From contig NC_043009.1 of assembly GCF_006345805.1 (NCBI RefSeq), forward strand, positions 52,452,001 through 52,516,000: a DNA stretch of 64,000 nucleotides. The letters are read 5' to 3'. Origin of the DNA: Octopus sinensis. Taxonomy: Eukaryota. The translations under genes were made by a program, and so were the position numbers. Positions 13,571 to 27,548 of the stretch are shown here, in pieces. The notes beneath the pieces were generated by a model that searched no databases, was not told the DNA's origin, and saw nothing but the letters and a program-made list of their open reading frames with translations. Numbering within the stretch: position 1 is the stretch's first letter; every line of letters begins with the position of its first letter.

Positions 13571-14277
13571 CATCAATATATTCCTGTTATTAGAATATAT
13601 TTTCTGTGTCTTCTTTCCAGTATACAACGTTTCACTTGGCTTTTACTGGCTGTTAAACCACACGACGATTAACAGGAGATAGTTTTATAACAGTGTTGAC
13701 TTGCATTTGACCAAGTGAGAGACGAAAGAAACAATATGCTAAATAACGGCAGTTATATGACTACAGTTAGCAACGTTTATCAGGAAGCTGACAAATATTG
13801 TTAGTCCATAAATTTTAGCCATTTTGCATTAGTATCTAATTAGGTCATCAAATTAAAAGCATAAAATTACTAACAATTAAAATCCAAAGTTAATGCGCTA
13901 TATATTATTTTAGAAAAGTTAACTAGATTTATAGCTATCCGCTAGACGACTATTCTTATTAGCAATGATGTGTTAAAATGCGCAAGATATAACCAGAAAC
14001 TTCGTAAATTAATAACGCTGATTGAAATTAGGGTGAATTTATTCAAAAGTTCCAAGACGAAGAAGCAGCGGAAGCAATGCGAATATTGTATGCTTGCAGG
14101 ACACCAAAATGCAAGCTAATCGAATGAACGAACAAAAAATATGCCATTATATCAAGAAATGCTGTAGTAATTAACCTTTAAGCGTTCTAAATGTTTAGCA
14201 ATCATTTTATATAATTATATATTCGGGTATTATTTTTACAATTAAAGAATATCCGTGCATTCTTGCGAGAGAGAGTT
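12254..14277. repeat. 195-bp inverted duplication (12254-12448 / 14083-14277)
   Basis: aactctctctcgcaagaatgc...cctgcaagcaaacaatat is the reverse complement of atattgtatgcttgcagg...gcattcttgcgagagagagtt, roughly 90% identical by eye. Confidence 0.9.
12567..13302 (+). mobile_element. internally deleted mariner element (736 bp) with both TIRs and TA TSD
   Basis: TIRs ttgggtcatcccatacataatg / cattaattatgggatgacccaa; ATG at 12756 MEETKEHIRIILLYEF; HTH region and WVPQKL (WVPHEL) motif; catalytic domain missing. Confidence 0.92.
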
Positions 14278-14291
14278 TTGTTTGTTTTTCG

Positions 14292-14392
<101 letters not shown>

Positions 14393-14509
14393 TGGAATAT
14401 CCCGTCGAAGACGACGTATGAGAGTTCAATTTTCCCTGTAAGACCACAAAGGATGTATTATTAGTGATCAAATATTTGTAGTGTACAGCAGATCACTCCC
14501 TCCATCAAA

Positions 14510-14685
14510 TCGACTTTAATTGAACAAGGCGTACAATGTACCACGCATCAGGTGTCTAATTGATCGCAGAACAACGGGTGGTGAAGTTTGCTGCTCAAGA
14601 AGATAATGCACCAGCCATTTCTGGAATTGAAACCATGATCTCACTGCCTTGAGTGCAACACGCTACCCACTAGGTCATACATCCA
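14510..14685 (-). mobile_element. degenerate tRNA-derived SINE
   Basis: gctcaagaagataatgca...ggaattgaaaccatgatc...acccactaggtcat resembles the head region of 54131-54452. Confidence 0.5.
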
Positions 14686-15319
14686 CACATGAATGCAAAT
14701 ATATATATACATATATATATATATATAGTCATTATATGTGTGTTTGTGTGTGCGTATGTAGGTGAGAGGTATTATATATATATAGGGTATCATGTTATAT
14801 ACTTATATATATATACATGTGCGTGTGCGTATGTGTGTGTGAGAGAGAGAGAGACTTCATACCTCCGGAAACGCGATCGTGAATCTAGCATTCGTAACAA
14901 TAAAATACCTGTTGTGATGTTTCTATCAGAAAATGAAACAAGGTGGGAAGGTTTACCAGAAAATTACATTCCATATAAAAATCAGCAAAAATATATCGCG
15001 ATTATCACTGAAAAGTAACGGAAGAAGTCGAAGATATTGAAATTCCACTTTGCTGTTTTTTTTGTTCCAAACGTGATACAATTGACATTTCGTTGAGATG
15101 TGGAGCAGATAATGTCTTAAACGTTAATGGATTAAATTATTGTTTTAAACTAACTGTAAAGGAGGAGTCGTGAGAGGATATGAAAAATATTTACTGAATA
15201 AAGAAATAAGATGAAACAGGATCACGATAATCAAGGTCGTATCTTCAATGCAACCTGCAGGAAGTGTCTGTTCCATATAAATCTGTGTGTGCGTGTCTGA
15301 GCATGTCTTTGTATGTCTG

Positions 15320-15367
<48 letters not shown>

Positions 15368-15648
15368 TATATTATATAATATATATATATGTAGAATAAG
15401 AAATAGAAAAGCCATTTCTATTCATTTTTTCAATTATATATGTATACGTATACATATATATATATATTATATATATATATAGGTATAGTATATATATATA
15501 TATAATATACATATATATATATATATACAAATATATATATATATATAATATATATATATATTATATATATTATATATATATATGTATAAGTATACATATA
15601 TATATATACACACATATATATATATATACTTTATATACATATTACATA

Positions 15649-15864
15649 CGAGGAGGCCCTGAAATGTCCCTGGCATTGGGTAAAAGAAAATGCAGGAAGG
15701 TCAGTTAATTATGATTTTATGCAAAATATTCCCCTCCCAGATTCACACAGCGATTGTAGCGGTTCTTCAGTTTTTCTAAGCCCCGTAAAGGAACTTGGAA
15801 GATTGGGCCTCAGCCGGGCCTTTCGCGATACCCTTCAAGCCAGGAACTTTTCAGTATCCCCTCG
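15649..15864. mobile_element. mariner-derived MITE (216 bp)
   Basis: TA|cgaggaggccctgaaatgtccctggc ... gccaggaacttttcagtatcccctcg|TA. Confidence 0.8.
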
Positions 15865-16024
15865 TATATATAAATATACATGAGCATATGTATGTATGTA
15901 TGTATATATGTATTATGTATATATATATACATATATACATTATAAGAGAGTTACCACACATGCTAAGACTCACTGGAAACGAATACTGCGTAAAATATTT
16001 GCTGCAGTATAATTAAATTTATAA

Positions 16025-16503
16025 ATTTATAAATGAGGGTGAAAAATTTGATATTAATTTAATAATACCATCAGTTTAACACGGGGAATTTGAGGCATAA
16101 CTACAAATGCAATCGATTAAACCGCACGTGTATTTGACGCTCGTGAGGGTCTAATAAATTGTATTTAAGACAAAACTCTGCCGATGATTTTGTAGATGTC
16201 TATGTAAGTAAAATTACATTTAACATTAATAATGAAACAATTGTTCAGGGTTAATCTATTTTTTCGTTATATTCCACTTTCCTTCCGTTAAATGTAATGT
16301 TATTTCTTCTTGGAAACAACTTTCTGTGGCTATACCAGTTATCGGAGCTATTTTTAGCACTAGAGCTAACCAAATAGTGGTAACACTCTTATAATTTATG
16401 TATAAATTTGTACTATCTCCCTGGTTTCATGTGCTAAGCCACTTGATGTTAAACTGATGGTATTATTAAATTAATATCAAATTTTTCACCCTCATTTATA
16501 AAT
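16025..16503 (+). mobile_element. 479-bp insert with perfect 57-bp inverted repeats and an internal hammerhead-like motif (PLE inverted-pLTR-like or MITE)
   Basis: 16025-16081 is the reverse complement of 16447-16503; motif AACUCUG-CCGAUGA...GAAACAAUUGUU-CAGGGUU at 16174-16252. Confidence 0.75.
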
Positions 16504-16536
16504 ATATACATATATATATATATATTATATATATAT

Positions 16537-16592
<56 letters not shown>

Positions 16593-16611
16593 GTATGTAT
16601 AAAACATATAT

Positions 16612-16790
16612 ATAAAAATACAAAATGGGACAAAACCCAAAACATTCAAATAGACGACACAAAAAACGGACGGGTCATTCGAAATCTCTAATCTTCAGTC
16701 AAGAACCGGATCATCCTCGCAATTTCGGCTGATTAATCTTGAGATCGCTCCGATCCGACCAGCTCCAAGGAAAAACTAAGCTACGTGCAT
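16612..16790 (-). mobile_element. TA-embedded repeat end, related to 29033-29140
   Basis: Shared terminus ttgtcccattttgtat on opposite strands; contains CUGAAGA on the minus strand. Confidence 0.5.
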
Positions 16791-16796
16791 ATATAT

Positions 16797-16833
<37 letters not shown>

Positions 16834-16864
16834 TCAAAATTCCATGCAGCACGGAATTCTGTCC

Positions 16865-16899
16865 TGTCAGTGAACAGGTCGCGGTCTCAAAGCGACGAA
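16865..16899 (+). ncRNA. second, 3'-truncated copy of the G3:C8 hammerhead-like motif
   Basis: UGUCA-GUGAACA-G GUCGC ggucucaaa GCGAC-GAA then (UA)n. Confidence 0.5.
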
Positions 16900-17234
16900 T
16901 ATATATATATATATATATATATATTCATTCATTTATTTAAAGAGTATAATGCATGTATTAAAGTGCTACTAGTAGATTCATATGTTGAGAAAAACATATT
17001 CTTCAAGCGCAAACCATATATCATAATTAACTTTTAAAAAATTGAATATTAGAAGAAGCGCATAAAAAATGAGAAGGCAGCATATAGAAAACACAGAAAG
17101 TAAACAACGGAAACGAAAAACGGAACACGAAAACACAAAAAAAAAATAAAGTAAAAAGGGAAAAAAAACTATTCTCCTTAGACCTTAAAGGCTGGAAGTA
17201 TATTATGTCTGTCAGGAACAGGCGGAATTTTCCA

Positions 17235-17615
17235 GTTCTTCAAAATTTCTGACCTAGAGTTCAATAGAAAATTAGAGATCTTAGATTTTAGCAGGGTCTG
17301 CGATCTATCAGCCAAACAAAGCCTACATTTATTCGATCCGTTCATATAAGGTATAGATTTCTCAGTTGCTTTCCATTTAATCACATGCAGTGTTTCGTTA
17401 TCTTTCAAAGTTCATATGTAGCTAGCCAACTAAGTAGCTTTACTTTTGTTCCCATGTCGGAAGGAGGCTACGTGAATGGCATTGCGATTTATAAATTCAC
17501 CTTCACGTATTCCAATATAGGTCTTCTTAACAGTTGTATTATTATTTAGGGTTGCAGTAACTTCTGCTTCATATATGATACAATTACTCATACATCGTTG
17601 TCAAGTGGATATGAT
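17235..17615 (-). mobile_element. Penelope-like element, GIY-YIG endonuclease remnant
   Basis: CMSNCIIYEAEV...KKTYIGIREGEFINR...SFRH...T*LASYI*TLKD...IKW...PYMNGSNKCRLCLAD...LLNSRSE. Confidence 0.85.
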
Positions 17616-18253
17616 CCTAGATTTAGGCTCTTGGTATTGACCACGTGTAATGATACACTTCATATTGGGGTAGCAAAAGGTTTGATGGACACAGATTCGA
17701 CGTCAGGCACAATAACAGTAGTTCAACAGAACTTGCTGAACATTTCGTTTTAAACGGCTGCGATTTTGGAAAAGACTTGAAAGTACATATTCTCTGATAT
17801 TATTCTGAATCTACTTCACTTTCACTTCTCAGAATGCATAAGGAGAAATATGATTGCGGGTGATTAACATCACGCCCTGGAGGAATGAATAAAATAACAG
17901 AATATCATGAAATTTATACAAAACTGCTTGACCAAATATTTTTTTTATTTTTTTTTTTCTTTCCTCTTTTTTTTCTGTCTTCTTTTTTCTGTCTTTTTCT
18001 TTTCGCCTGTTATGAAATTGAAACTTAAAAACTGATGATGTTATTCCATCAACGTATGGACGCTGGTTGCTCCCCTTCATACTTTAAATTTAAATTTCTA
18101 TAATTTTGAATTTTTATCACTTCTTATTTTGATCTTAACAAAGATAGATGTGCTGTCGAAATATCGTCCAACCAATAAAATATCTATTACAATCGAATCA
18201 CGCTCTTCGTCTTGCTTGTTTACCTTTGTGAAGAGTGACGTGAATCCTTTTAA

Positions 18254-18305
<52 letters not shown>

Positions 18306-19049
18306 TAATAATAATAAATGTAACAACAAAAGAATGAGACCTCGATATTAAAGAAATAAAGGTTATTTATCAATGTTAAATTTAGAAAAAACAGAAAAGG
18401 TTGTCATTGTAGTGCTCGAAGTTTCGAATGTCGGAGCGAAGAGCACAGACACTTGTATATACTCATGCACACAAATCCACGCACACACGCACACAATTTA
18501 TATATATGTGTATATGTATGCAACCACATCCTCATATACACATAGGCGATTACATGCATACACGTAACATAATGCATATATATTTAGCCTTTTATATCTA
18601 TAGATATACGCATATATATATATCATATATATATATATATATATATATAAACATTCTCACTCCCGCATTCGCACACACGCATATATATATATATATATAT
18701 ATATACACCCTCCCATCACACACCTACACCCTCACATATACAAACATGCATATCCGTATAAGTGAAGGGGCCGTGTGCATGAAAGTTGTACATATGCATC
18801 GGACACAGACTTACATTCATACACATACACATACATATATATATATATATATACACACGAACTCACATATACATATAAATGATATACATGCATATACATA
18901 TACACATACACGTACACACATAATTAGAAAGGAAAAAATGAAAAATATATATAAAAATTTTTTTTAATTAAAAATTAATGGAAGTTGAAACATATGGGAA
19001 ATCTTGTGCAGGAACATAGAAATGTGGAGGATTCTAGCCGTGATCTTGG

Positions 19050-19640
19050 GTGGCCCAAAACTGTAACAGGTATTTTTTGATATATGGATATGATCCAAAA
19101 ATTCAGTTCTTGAATTTAAGCATATAGCGGGGTCTAAGGAACTTTTCCAGATGAGCCATCTTTCCATATTACAAACACTGCACTTGCCATTACCTATTTC
19201 TTTATTACCCACAAGGGGCTAAACATAGAGGGGACAAACAAGGACAGACATAGGTATTAAGTCGATCACATCGACCCCAGTGCGTAACTGGTACTTTATT
19301 TATCGACCCTGAAAGGATGAAAGGCAAAGTCGACCTCGGCGGAATTTGAACTCAGAACGTAAAGACAGACGAAATACTCCTAAGCATTTCGCCTGGCATG
19401 CTAACGTTTCTGCCAGCTCGCCTTTATTCTTGGCTCTTCCAGTAAATCCTGTAGTTGACACCTTGTTCTTTTAAGAACCATATATAACTGGATAATTTGG
19501 TAGTCTCTCGTTTATTCCTTTGTCTGAAGCTTAAGGTGTGATTGTTGAATCTTGCTTTGAAATTTCCCTCTGTGAGACCCACATATCTCATGGATGACAC
19601 TGTATTAGAGTTCATGGAATTTACGGTGGCTTCATAACTC
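19050..19640 (-). mobile_element. Penelope-like GIY-YIG remnant interrupted by SINE A
   Basis: SYEATV...RYVGLTEGNFKARFNNHTLSFR...TKLSSYIWFLKE...IYWK, resuming after the SINE as NGKCSVCNMERWLI...LNSRTE. Confidence 0.85.
19192..19423 (-). mobile_element. SINE family A, long-tail form
   Basis: Well-preserved single copy. Confidence 0.9.
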
Positions 19641-20043
19641 GGAGATTGCGGATGAGAGGAGGGAAATGGTGGTTATGATGGTGCCACAGAATGGTGAGGT
19701 GATGACAGATATGATGACTATGACGATGAGGATGATAATGATCGTAATTACCTTCATCATCATCATCGTCATGGATATACTTATGAGGTATTATCGAAAT
19801 AAGTTTTTTTATATTGCCTGTTATATATATTTGTATGTGTGTGTGTTTAATTATATATATGTATATATGCTATTGGAACTTAATCACGATGTACAGGAAT
19901 ATTACATGTATACCATTCTACCTAAATAACAGAACTGAATATACAATATCCATGCATATCTCACGTCTATTTTCTTTCCTCCACATCACTCTCTATTGCA
20001 TATCTTATCTAGAATAACTATTGCTTAACCATATTCTCACATC

Positions 20044-20091
20044 GTCTCAGATGAAGGGATATGTAAAATATCCCGGAAATAGCTGTAAGAC
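20044..20091 (+). ncRNA. type I hammerhead-like motif (core CAGAUGA) in a pLTR-like piece ending in (TA)n
   Basis: GUCU-CAGAUGA-A GGGAUAU guaaa AUAUCCC G-GAAA UAGCU GUA-AGAC. Confidence 0.6.
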
Positions 20092-20148
20092 CTATTTATA
20101 AATGTTCTAAAATCTTTCACAGCCTTGGATTTTTATCTTATTCTGTTA

Positions 20149-20197
<49 letters not shown>

Positions 20198-20205
20198 CGT
20201 AGGTA

Positions 20206-20247
<42 letters not shown>

Positions 20248-21069
20248 TATTAATATATATATATATATATCTATATATATACATTTATATACATATACAT
20301 ATATATGTGTGTGTGTGTCCAATCTCTTATTCTTTCATTCCCTCATTCATTGCTTCATTCTTTCATTCATTCAAAATGTTGGAACCCAAAACAGCAGAGA
20401 AAGTGAAGGTGTTTTTTTTTTTAATATATTGTATTGGCATATGACATATTCAACAGCTACTTCCTAGTTGATGTCACTGCGCATGTCAGAATAATAGTTT
20501 GTACTGACCTAACACCTGATTTGTTTGTGTGTTTTCTCTCTTCAATTTTTAAATTTGAAACATCTTTCCTCGGAGCTATCAGCAAAATTTCAACAGTTTG
20601 CAATGATACGAAAAAACAGAAACGAGAGTGAAAGAATAAAAATGAAAATAAATATAAAAATTATTTTTTTTTTTTTTAAAATTGAAAAATACTGGGAAAA
20701 ATAGTAAAATATATTTATGCAAAAAGTAACAAATTGCGTGTGCGAGCCAAAAGAAAATATGGAAAGAAATGTAGTCTTTTATTTATTTTTTTGTGGTGTA
20801 TTTCAGCCGTTATTTCATATTGTGTCTGTTTTTTTGTTTATGTTTATATTTCAGTCGGTTATTATTTCATAAAACAGATATCATGCGGGTTGAAAGAAAG
20901 TATGCATATACACAAACATGTATATATATTTATGTAAATGTAATTATAGGTATTCATATATGCATGCTTGCATATGTATGCGCATACATGTATGTATTAT
21001 ATTTTGTGTGCATGTATGTATATATACGTGTGCATATATGTATATATATATAATATATATATATATATT

Positions 21070-21139
<70 letters not shown>

Positions 21140-21557
21140 ATATACGTATATACATGTATACATATATATATACATATACATATATAGATGTATATATACA
21201 TGTACATATATGTATATACACCAGAAAATATATTACATATAAGAAATTATGAAAACGTCTACTACAACAAAGAGTAATATGGAAAACCATACACAAACAG
21301 AAGAAGAAAAAAGAGAGAAGAAGAAGAAGAAGAAGAAGAAGAAGAGGAGGGGGGGAGGAGGGGGAAGAAGAAGAAGAAAATTTCAAGTATGACAAAATTA
21401 GAAAAATGAAATAAATGTTTGATAAAATATACTCTATATTTCGTATTTTAAAATGTAAATCTATAATTTACTTTAAAATGTGTTGTGTATGTTTGTGAGT
21501 CCATGTGGGCGTATGTGAACTTCTTTTCGATGAAGCAGGCGCACACACACACACACG

Positions 21558-21621
<64 letters not shown>

Positions 21622-21757
21622 TATATATAGTAAATTCCACCCGTCAAAAAAAGGAAGACAAGCACAAGAAAAAACAACAACGCGAGGACGTGGTACATGC
21701 AAAGCATTACCAAACGCTCAGGGAAGGAAAGAAAGGCCGTTTTACGTTTCGAGCAAG

Positions 21758-21822
<65 letters not shown>

Positions 21823-22031
21823 ATATATCATTTCCTTAATTTTCTTTTGTGTATATGCGTGCATGTGTATGTGTGTGTGTGTGTGTAAATTTATGCGCAT
21901 ATATCTCTGCGTATATACTCATGTACGTGTAACATATGGATGTAAGAATATGTATTAAGAGAGTTTCTGATATATATTCTATTTATATATAATGTGGATG
22001 TACGCTTTTATATGTATATGTATGTGCGCGC

Positions 22032-22064
<33 letters not shown>

Positions 22065-22254
22065 TGCCTGTGTGATTGTATGTATGTATGTGTGTGTGAT
22101 ACATATATATGCAAATTAAAATTTGTACAAATTTAACAATGAAGCTCTTTAGAAAAAAACTCTTTCACGTCATCTGAAACATAAAAAATCACCAAGAAAG
22201 ATAAATACGGGAAAAACAACTGCATTGATAGCAGCAACCAGATCTTCAACAAAA

Positions 22255-22415
22255 AATGGCACTCCGTCGGTTACGACGACGAGCGTTCCAATTGATCCGA
22301 TCAACGGTACAGCCTGCTTCTGAAATTAACGTGCAATTGCTACCGAGAGCACTCGACAGACACGCGTACCGTTAACGTAGTTCATACAGAGATTCAGCGT
22401 GACACCAGAATATTA
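22255..22415 (-). mobile_element. SINE 3' module (tail type 3), headless
   Basis: Matches 28253-28395. Confidence 0.7.
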
Positions 22416-22629
22416 AAACAGCAATAACAAGAAAAAGATCTATCGCAGTAGCAGTAGCAGCAGCAGCAACAGGAGTTGCGTTGGCAACAATCAGAAGAAA
22501 AAAAAACCTTGAAGAATGCCACAACAACAAACACAAAAAATATAAACAAACAAACGAAGACAAGTCAGCAAGTTCAATAACCAACTAAATTTGCAGTACT
22601 AATACGCTTGTTGATTATTTTTGTTATTA

Positions 22630-22657
22630 CTATAACTATCATCATCATCATCATCAA

Positions 22658-22731
<74 letters not shown>

Positions 22732-22890
22732 ACATCATCATCATCATCATCATCATCATCATATTCATCATATTCATCATCATCATCAGCATTGTTATTA
22801 TTATTATTATTAATATTATTATTATAATCATTATTATTTTTATTATTATTATTATTATTATTATTGTTATTGTTATTTTTATTATTGTTA

Positions 22891-22924
<34 letters not shown>

Positions 22925-22960
22925 CATTATTATTGTCGTTGTCGTTGTTGTTGTTGTTAT
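22630..22960. repeat. (CAT)n-(TAT)n-(TGT)n microsatellite
   Basis: Directly visible. Confidence 0.95.
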
Positions 22961-23366
22961 TTTTAACACAGGTGATGAAAACGACATTGGTGATAACGAT
23001 GATAATATTGAGAATAACAATGACAAAAAATAATATTAATGATGACGAACGACAGAAGTAATAACAATTAGATACAGAAGAGGCGGTGGAGGAGGAGGAG
23101 AGAGAAGGAGAAGAAGGAGAAGAATAAGAAGAAGCAGAAGGAGAAGAAGGAGGAGGAAGAGGAGAAGGAGGTGGAGAGAACTTGTAAAAACAATTTTACT
23201 TTATAGAAATATTTGGCGCCATAAACACAACAGCAAAATACTTTACAAGAAGCTCCAAGTTCAGAACTGTCTGCTGTTACTAATGGAATGGTGTAAAATA
23301 AAAAAAAAATTTCCACAGAGAATAAGAGATAATGCATACATGGAAAAAAAACCCTCAGAAAACAGT

Positions 23367-23384
23367 GATAGATAGATAGATAAG

Positions 23385-23443
<59 letters not shown>

Positions 23444-23444
23444 T

Positions 23445-23532
<88 letters not shown>
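23367..23532. repeat. (GATA)n microsatellite (others at 32920-33262, 34290-34482, 51100-51612, 57203-57285, 58327-58495)
   Basis: Directly visible. Confidence 0.95.
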
Positions 23533-23535
<3 letters not shown>

Positions 23536-23963
23536 ATATACATACATGTATATGTACGTATGTATGTCTATAAAGGTGCGGATGTGTTTATGGATGTACA
23601 TATGTTGATGCATATTTGTTTGTGTATATATGTATATATTGTTTGTATGAATATATTACTATATATAATATATATATATATGTATGTATGTATGTTGTAT
23701 TATGTATGTATGTATGTATGTATATGTACGTATGTATATATACACACACATACACATATATATATAAAATATATATACATAATATATATATATAAATTGA
23801 TAGATACATAGATACATAGATAGATGTTATATACATATATATATGTCTGTGGTGTATTATATATATATATATAATAATATAATATATATATATGCATATA
23901 TATATATTCATATATTTATATTTTATATATATGCATGTATCCACACACACACCACACACAAAC

Positions 23964-24037
<74 letters not shown>

Positions 24038-24754
24038 ATATATATGTATATGTATATACATGTGTATATGTACGTAGGTGAATGACATTTATGAATCTAA
24101 TATATTAAATATTTGTTAAAGAAGAATGCTCGTACAAATTATTTAACCCTTCATTCTTATAAGTATGATTTGCAGAAATATCTTGCATTTTAAACACACG
24201 ATTCCTAATCTGAAATGAAAGCTTTTCTCTTCATGCAGTGATACAAGGTTTTGTGTCTTTCTTTTCTTATACCTTAATTTTTTATATCCTGTTTTTCTTT
24301 CAATTTTGTATTTTACTTTCAGTAATGAAGGCTAAGACGTGATTTATACAATAACAATAGCTATGACCGAGACCGGATTATTTTTTCCTCTACTAAAGTT
24401 GGAACTCAGCGTAAGAAAGACATTTGCATAATAATAATTGTTAATAGAGCCTGCAGTCTGCGTTGCTGTTTTTAACCGATAGAAATACGTAGAATGCTTA
24501 AATGTAAGAAAATCTAATGATGTCCAATTCAAATAGTATTAATGGCTATTATGTTTAAAGAGGATAAGTTCTAACGCAGACAGTCAGAGATATAACAAGA
24601 GTAACAGGGAATCACTGTGAATACTTCTTCTAAATGTAGTAAATAGAGTTTTCCGGACTGGCTAAAGGCTGCCTAATGTTACACTGGTATCAAGGTTTCA
24701 CACACACATATATATATTAATGTTTGTTCATACGTTGTATTACAATCCATTCTG

Positions 24755-24961
24755 CTAAAGGCACAAGACCAGAAATTTGGTGGGAGGGTACTAGTTGATC
24801 ACATCGGCCCCAGTGTTTCACTGGTACTTAATTTATCGACCCTGAAAGGATGAAAGACAACGTCGACCTCAACTGAATTTTGAACTCAGAACGTAGCGAC
24901 AGGTGAACTATCTCTAAGCATTTCGCCAGGCGTGCTAGGGATTCTGCCAGCTCGCCGCCTT
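24755..24961 (-). mobile_element. SINE family A, short-tail form
   Basis: aggcacaagaccagaaatttgg...gaaaggatgaaag...tctgccagctcgccgcctt. Confidence 0.85.
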
Positions 24962-25159
24962 GAGTTCTGTAATAAGAGAAAGGAATTTTACATTAATCTG
25001 ACGCTTACTCTATCCTTTAGAATAGTAGGACCGCCACATTTATTGTCAAATATATTTTACAAATTTATTAGTATACAAGAATGCTTTTGACACTGACTTC
25101 GACGTTTCAGCCACTTAAGCTATCATTCGACTATTGCTTAGCTGGTCAAAACTGCTATC

Positions 25160-25755
<596 letters not shown>

Positions 25756-25893
25756 TATATGTGTGCGTGCGTGTGTGCGTGTGTGTGCGTGTGTGTGCAT
25801 GTGCGTGTGTGCGTGTGTGTGTGTGTGTGGTGCTTTTAAAACATTAGAGCAGTAATATATCTTTTAGGAAGTTGATTGTTATGACTGATCAGA

Positions 25894-25953
25894 GAGTGAC
25901 CATTGATTTCGCAACTACAAAGCGTTAAGCTGTATAGTCGACTCGTCTGATTC
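25894..25953 (-). ncRNA. decayed hammerhead-like motif downstream of the GIY-YIG ORF
   Basis: GAAU-CAGACGA-long stem II-GAAA UCAAUG GUC-ACUC. Confidence 0.5.
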
Positions 25954-27135
25954 AAATGGCTGAAAGCACATGACCTCTCTACAGCTGAAGGGAGGAATAT
26001 GTCATGGCCAATTAGTTTTGTTAACATCCGGATCGGCCGTGCAAGCGGTATTAACAGGCGGGATTGGGTTATCTCCCTTACATCATTCCGGCTGTGGCTT
26101 TTCGAAGATGCTGTCGCGGTTCTATTCAACGAATGGGAATTCCAAGCTTTTGCAGGAAACGCCTTAGGTGTGACCTTCTTTCCTGGAGTTTAAAAATTTC
26201 CCCGGGTCAAGCTAATTTTTTAGGATCATTGCTCTTTTTGTCAAGCAAGGCTTACATCGTCTTCTCTCGTTTATATATAAGTCCTCAGCTGTTCAAGGTG
26301 CCTCCATTTAATTAGGTATGGGTTTCCTTCCGCTTTTAAGTGCCATACATTGTTGGTAAGGGATGTGATTTTGTAACCTAAAAGTGCATCTGTGTTTGTT
26401 TAGACGTTGCTTAAAAGGGGCTCCGGTTGAACCAACATATATCCGTGCCTGTGCACTGGTTGTGCTACCTCCACTGATGTTTCTTTCTTTAACTCCGAAT
26501 CCAGTGTCGCTGTTATTGTTGCCGCAGGTATTGTTGCTGGAGTCACTGCCGATGCTAATGTTCCTGGGTTTGGTCCTGGTGGTTCCGTTGTTGCTGGTGT
26601 TGACGTCGTTTCAAGCCGCTCTGTTGGTATTGTCGTCTCAGCTGCTTGATACGCTGCTAGCGCCACCACCATTTCCACTGCCATCGTTGTCGACGTTGCT
26701 GCTGTTGCTGGTTTTGTCTTTCGTTGCTGCTTATCTTGTTGCTATGGCACCCAGTGCCGGCCATCACCTCAGCTTCGTATGTGACACCCGCGGCTCCTCG
26801 TCGACTTACTCCCTACACACACTGGACTGTCATTGTACACATTACATGAGCAAACTACCTGTGGTGGTGTCTTAGGAGTACTCACTACAATTTTCTTAAT
26901 GTTGGGCGTACAAGTAAAAGAGACTCTTAAGAGGATTCGAACTTGTCCTCAAATCACGACATTTCCGATACTGCAGCTCCCGATTACAACGCATCAGCCT
27001 GTACTATATGCCGGGCCCTGGCACCCACAGAACGAGACACCATTGTAAAGTCGTTTAGTTTGTTCCACCCTTATCTCTCAACGTTAAGAATTTTCCTTAG
27101 ATTGGTAGACAAACACTTCACACAGTCACACGGAT

Positions 27136-27548
27136 TCTTTTATTCGTTAATTCTTTTACTTGTTTCAGTCATTTGACTGCGATGCTGGGGCACCGCTTTT
27201 AGTCTAACAAATCGACTCCTGGACTTATTCTTTGTAAGCTTAGTACTTTTTCTATCGGACGCTTTTTGACGAATCGCTAGATTACGGTGGTGTAAACACA
27301 CCAACATCGGTTGTCAAGCGAAGGTGGAGGACAAATACACACACATATACATACATATCTATATATGTGGTGTGTGTGTCTATACGACGGGATTCTTTCA
27401 GTTTCCGTCTACCAAATCCATTCACAAGGCTTCGGTCGGTTTCAGACTATAGTAGAAGACACCTGCGCAAAGTACCACGCAGTGAGACTGAACCCGAAAC
27501 GAATTGGTTCGGAATCAAGCTTCTTACCACACAGCCACTCCTGTGCCT
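27136..27548 (-). mobile_element. SINE family B, full length
   Basis: Matches 55373-55762 end to end. Confidence 0.9.

Noticed and set aside
16665-16712. Hammerhead on the minus strand (CUGAAGA...CGAAUGAC)
   Set aside because: GAAA and stems II/III cannot be assigned convincingly
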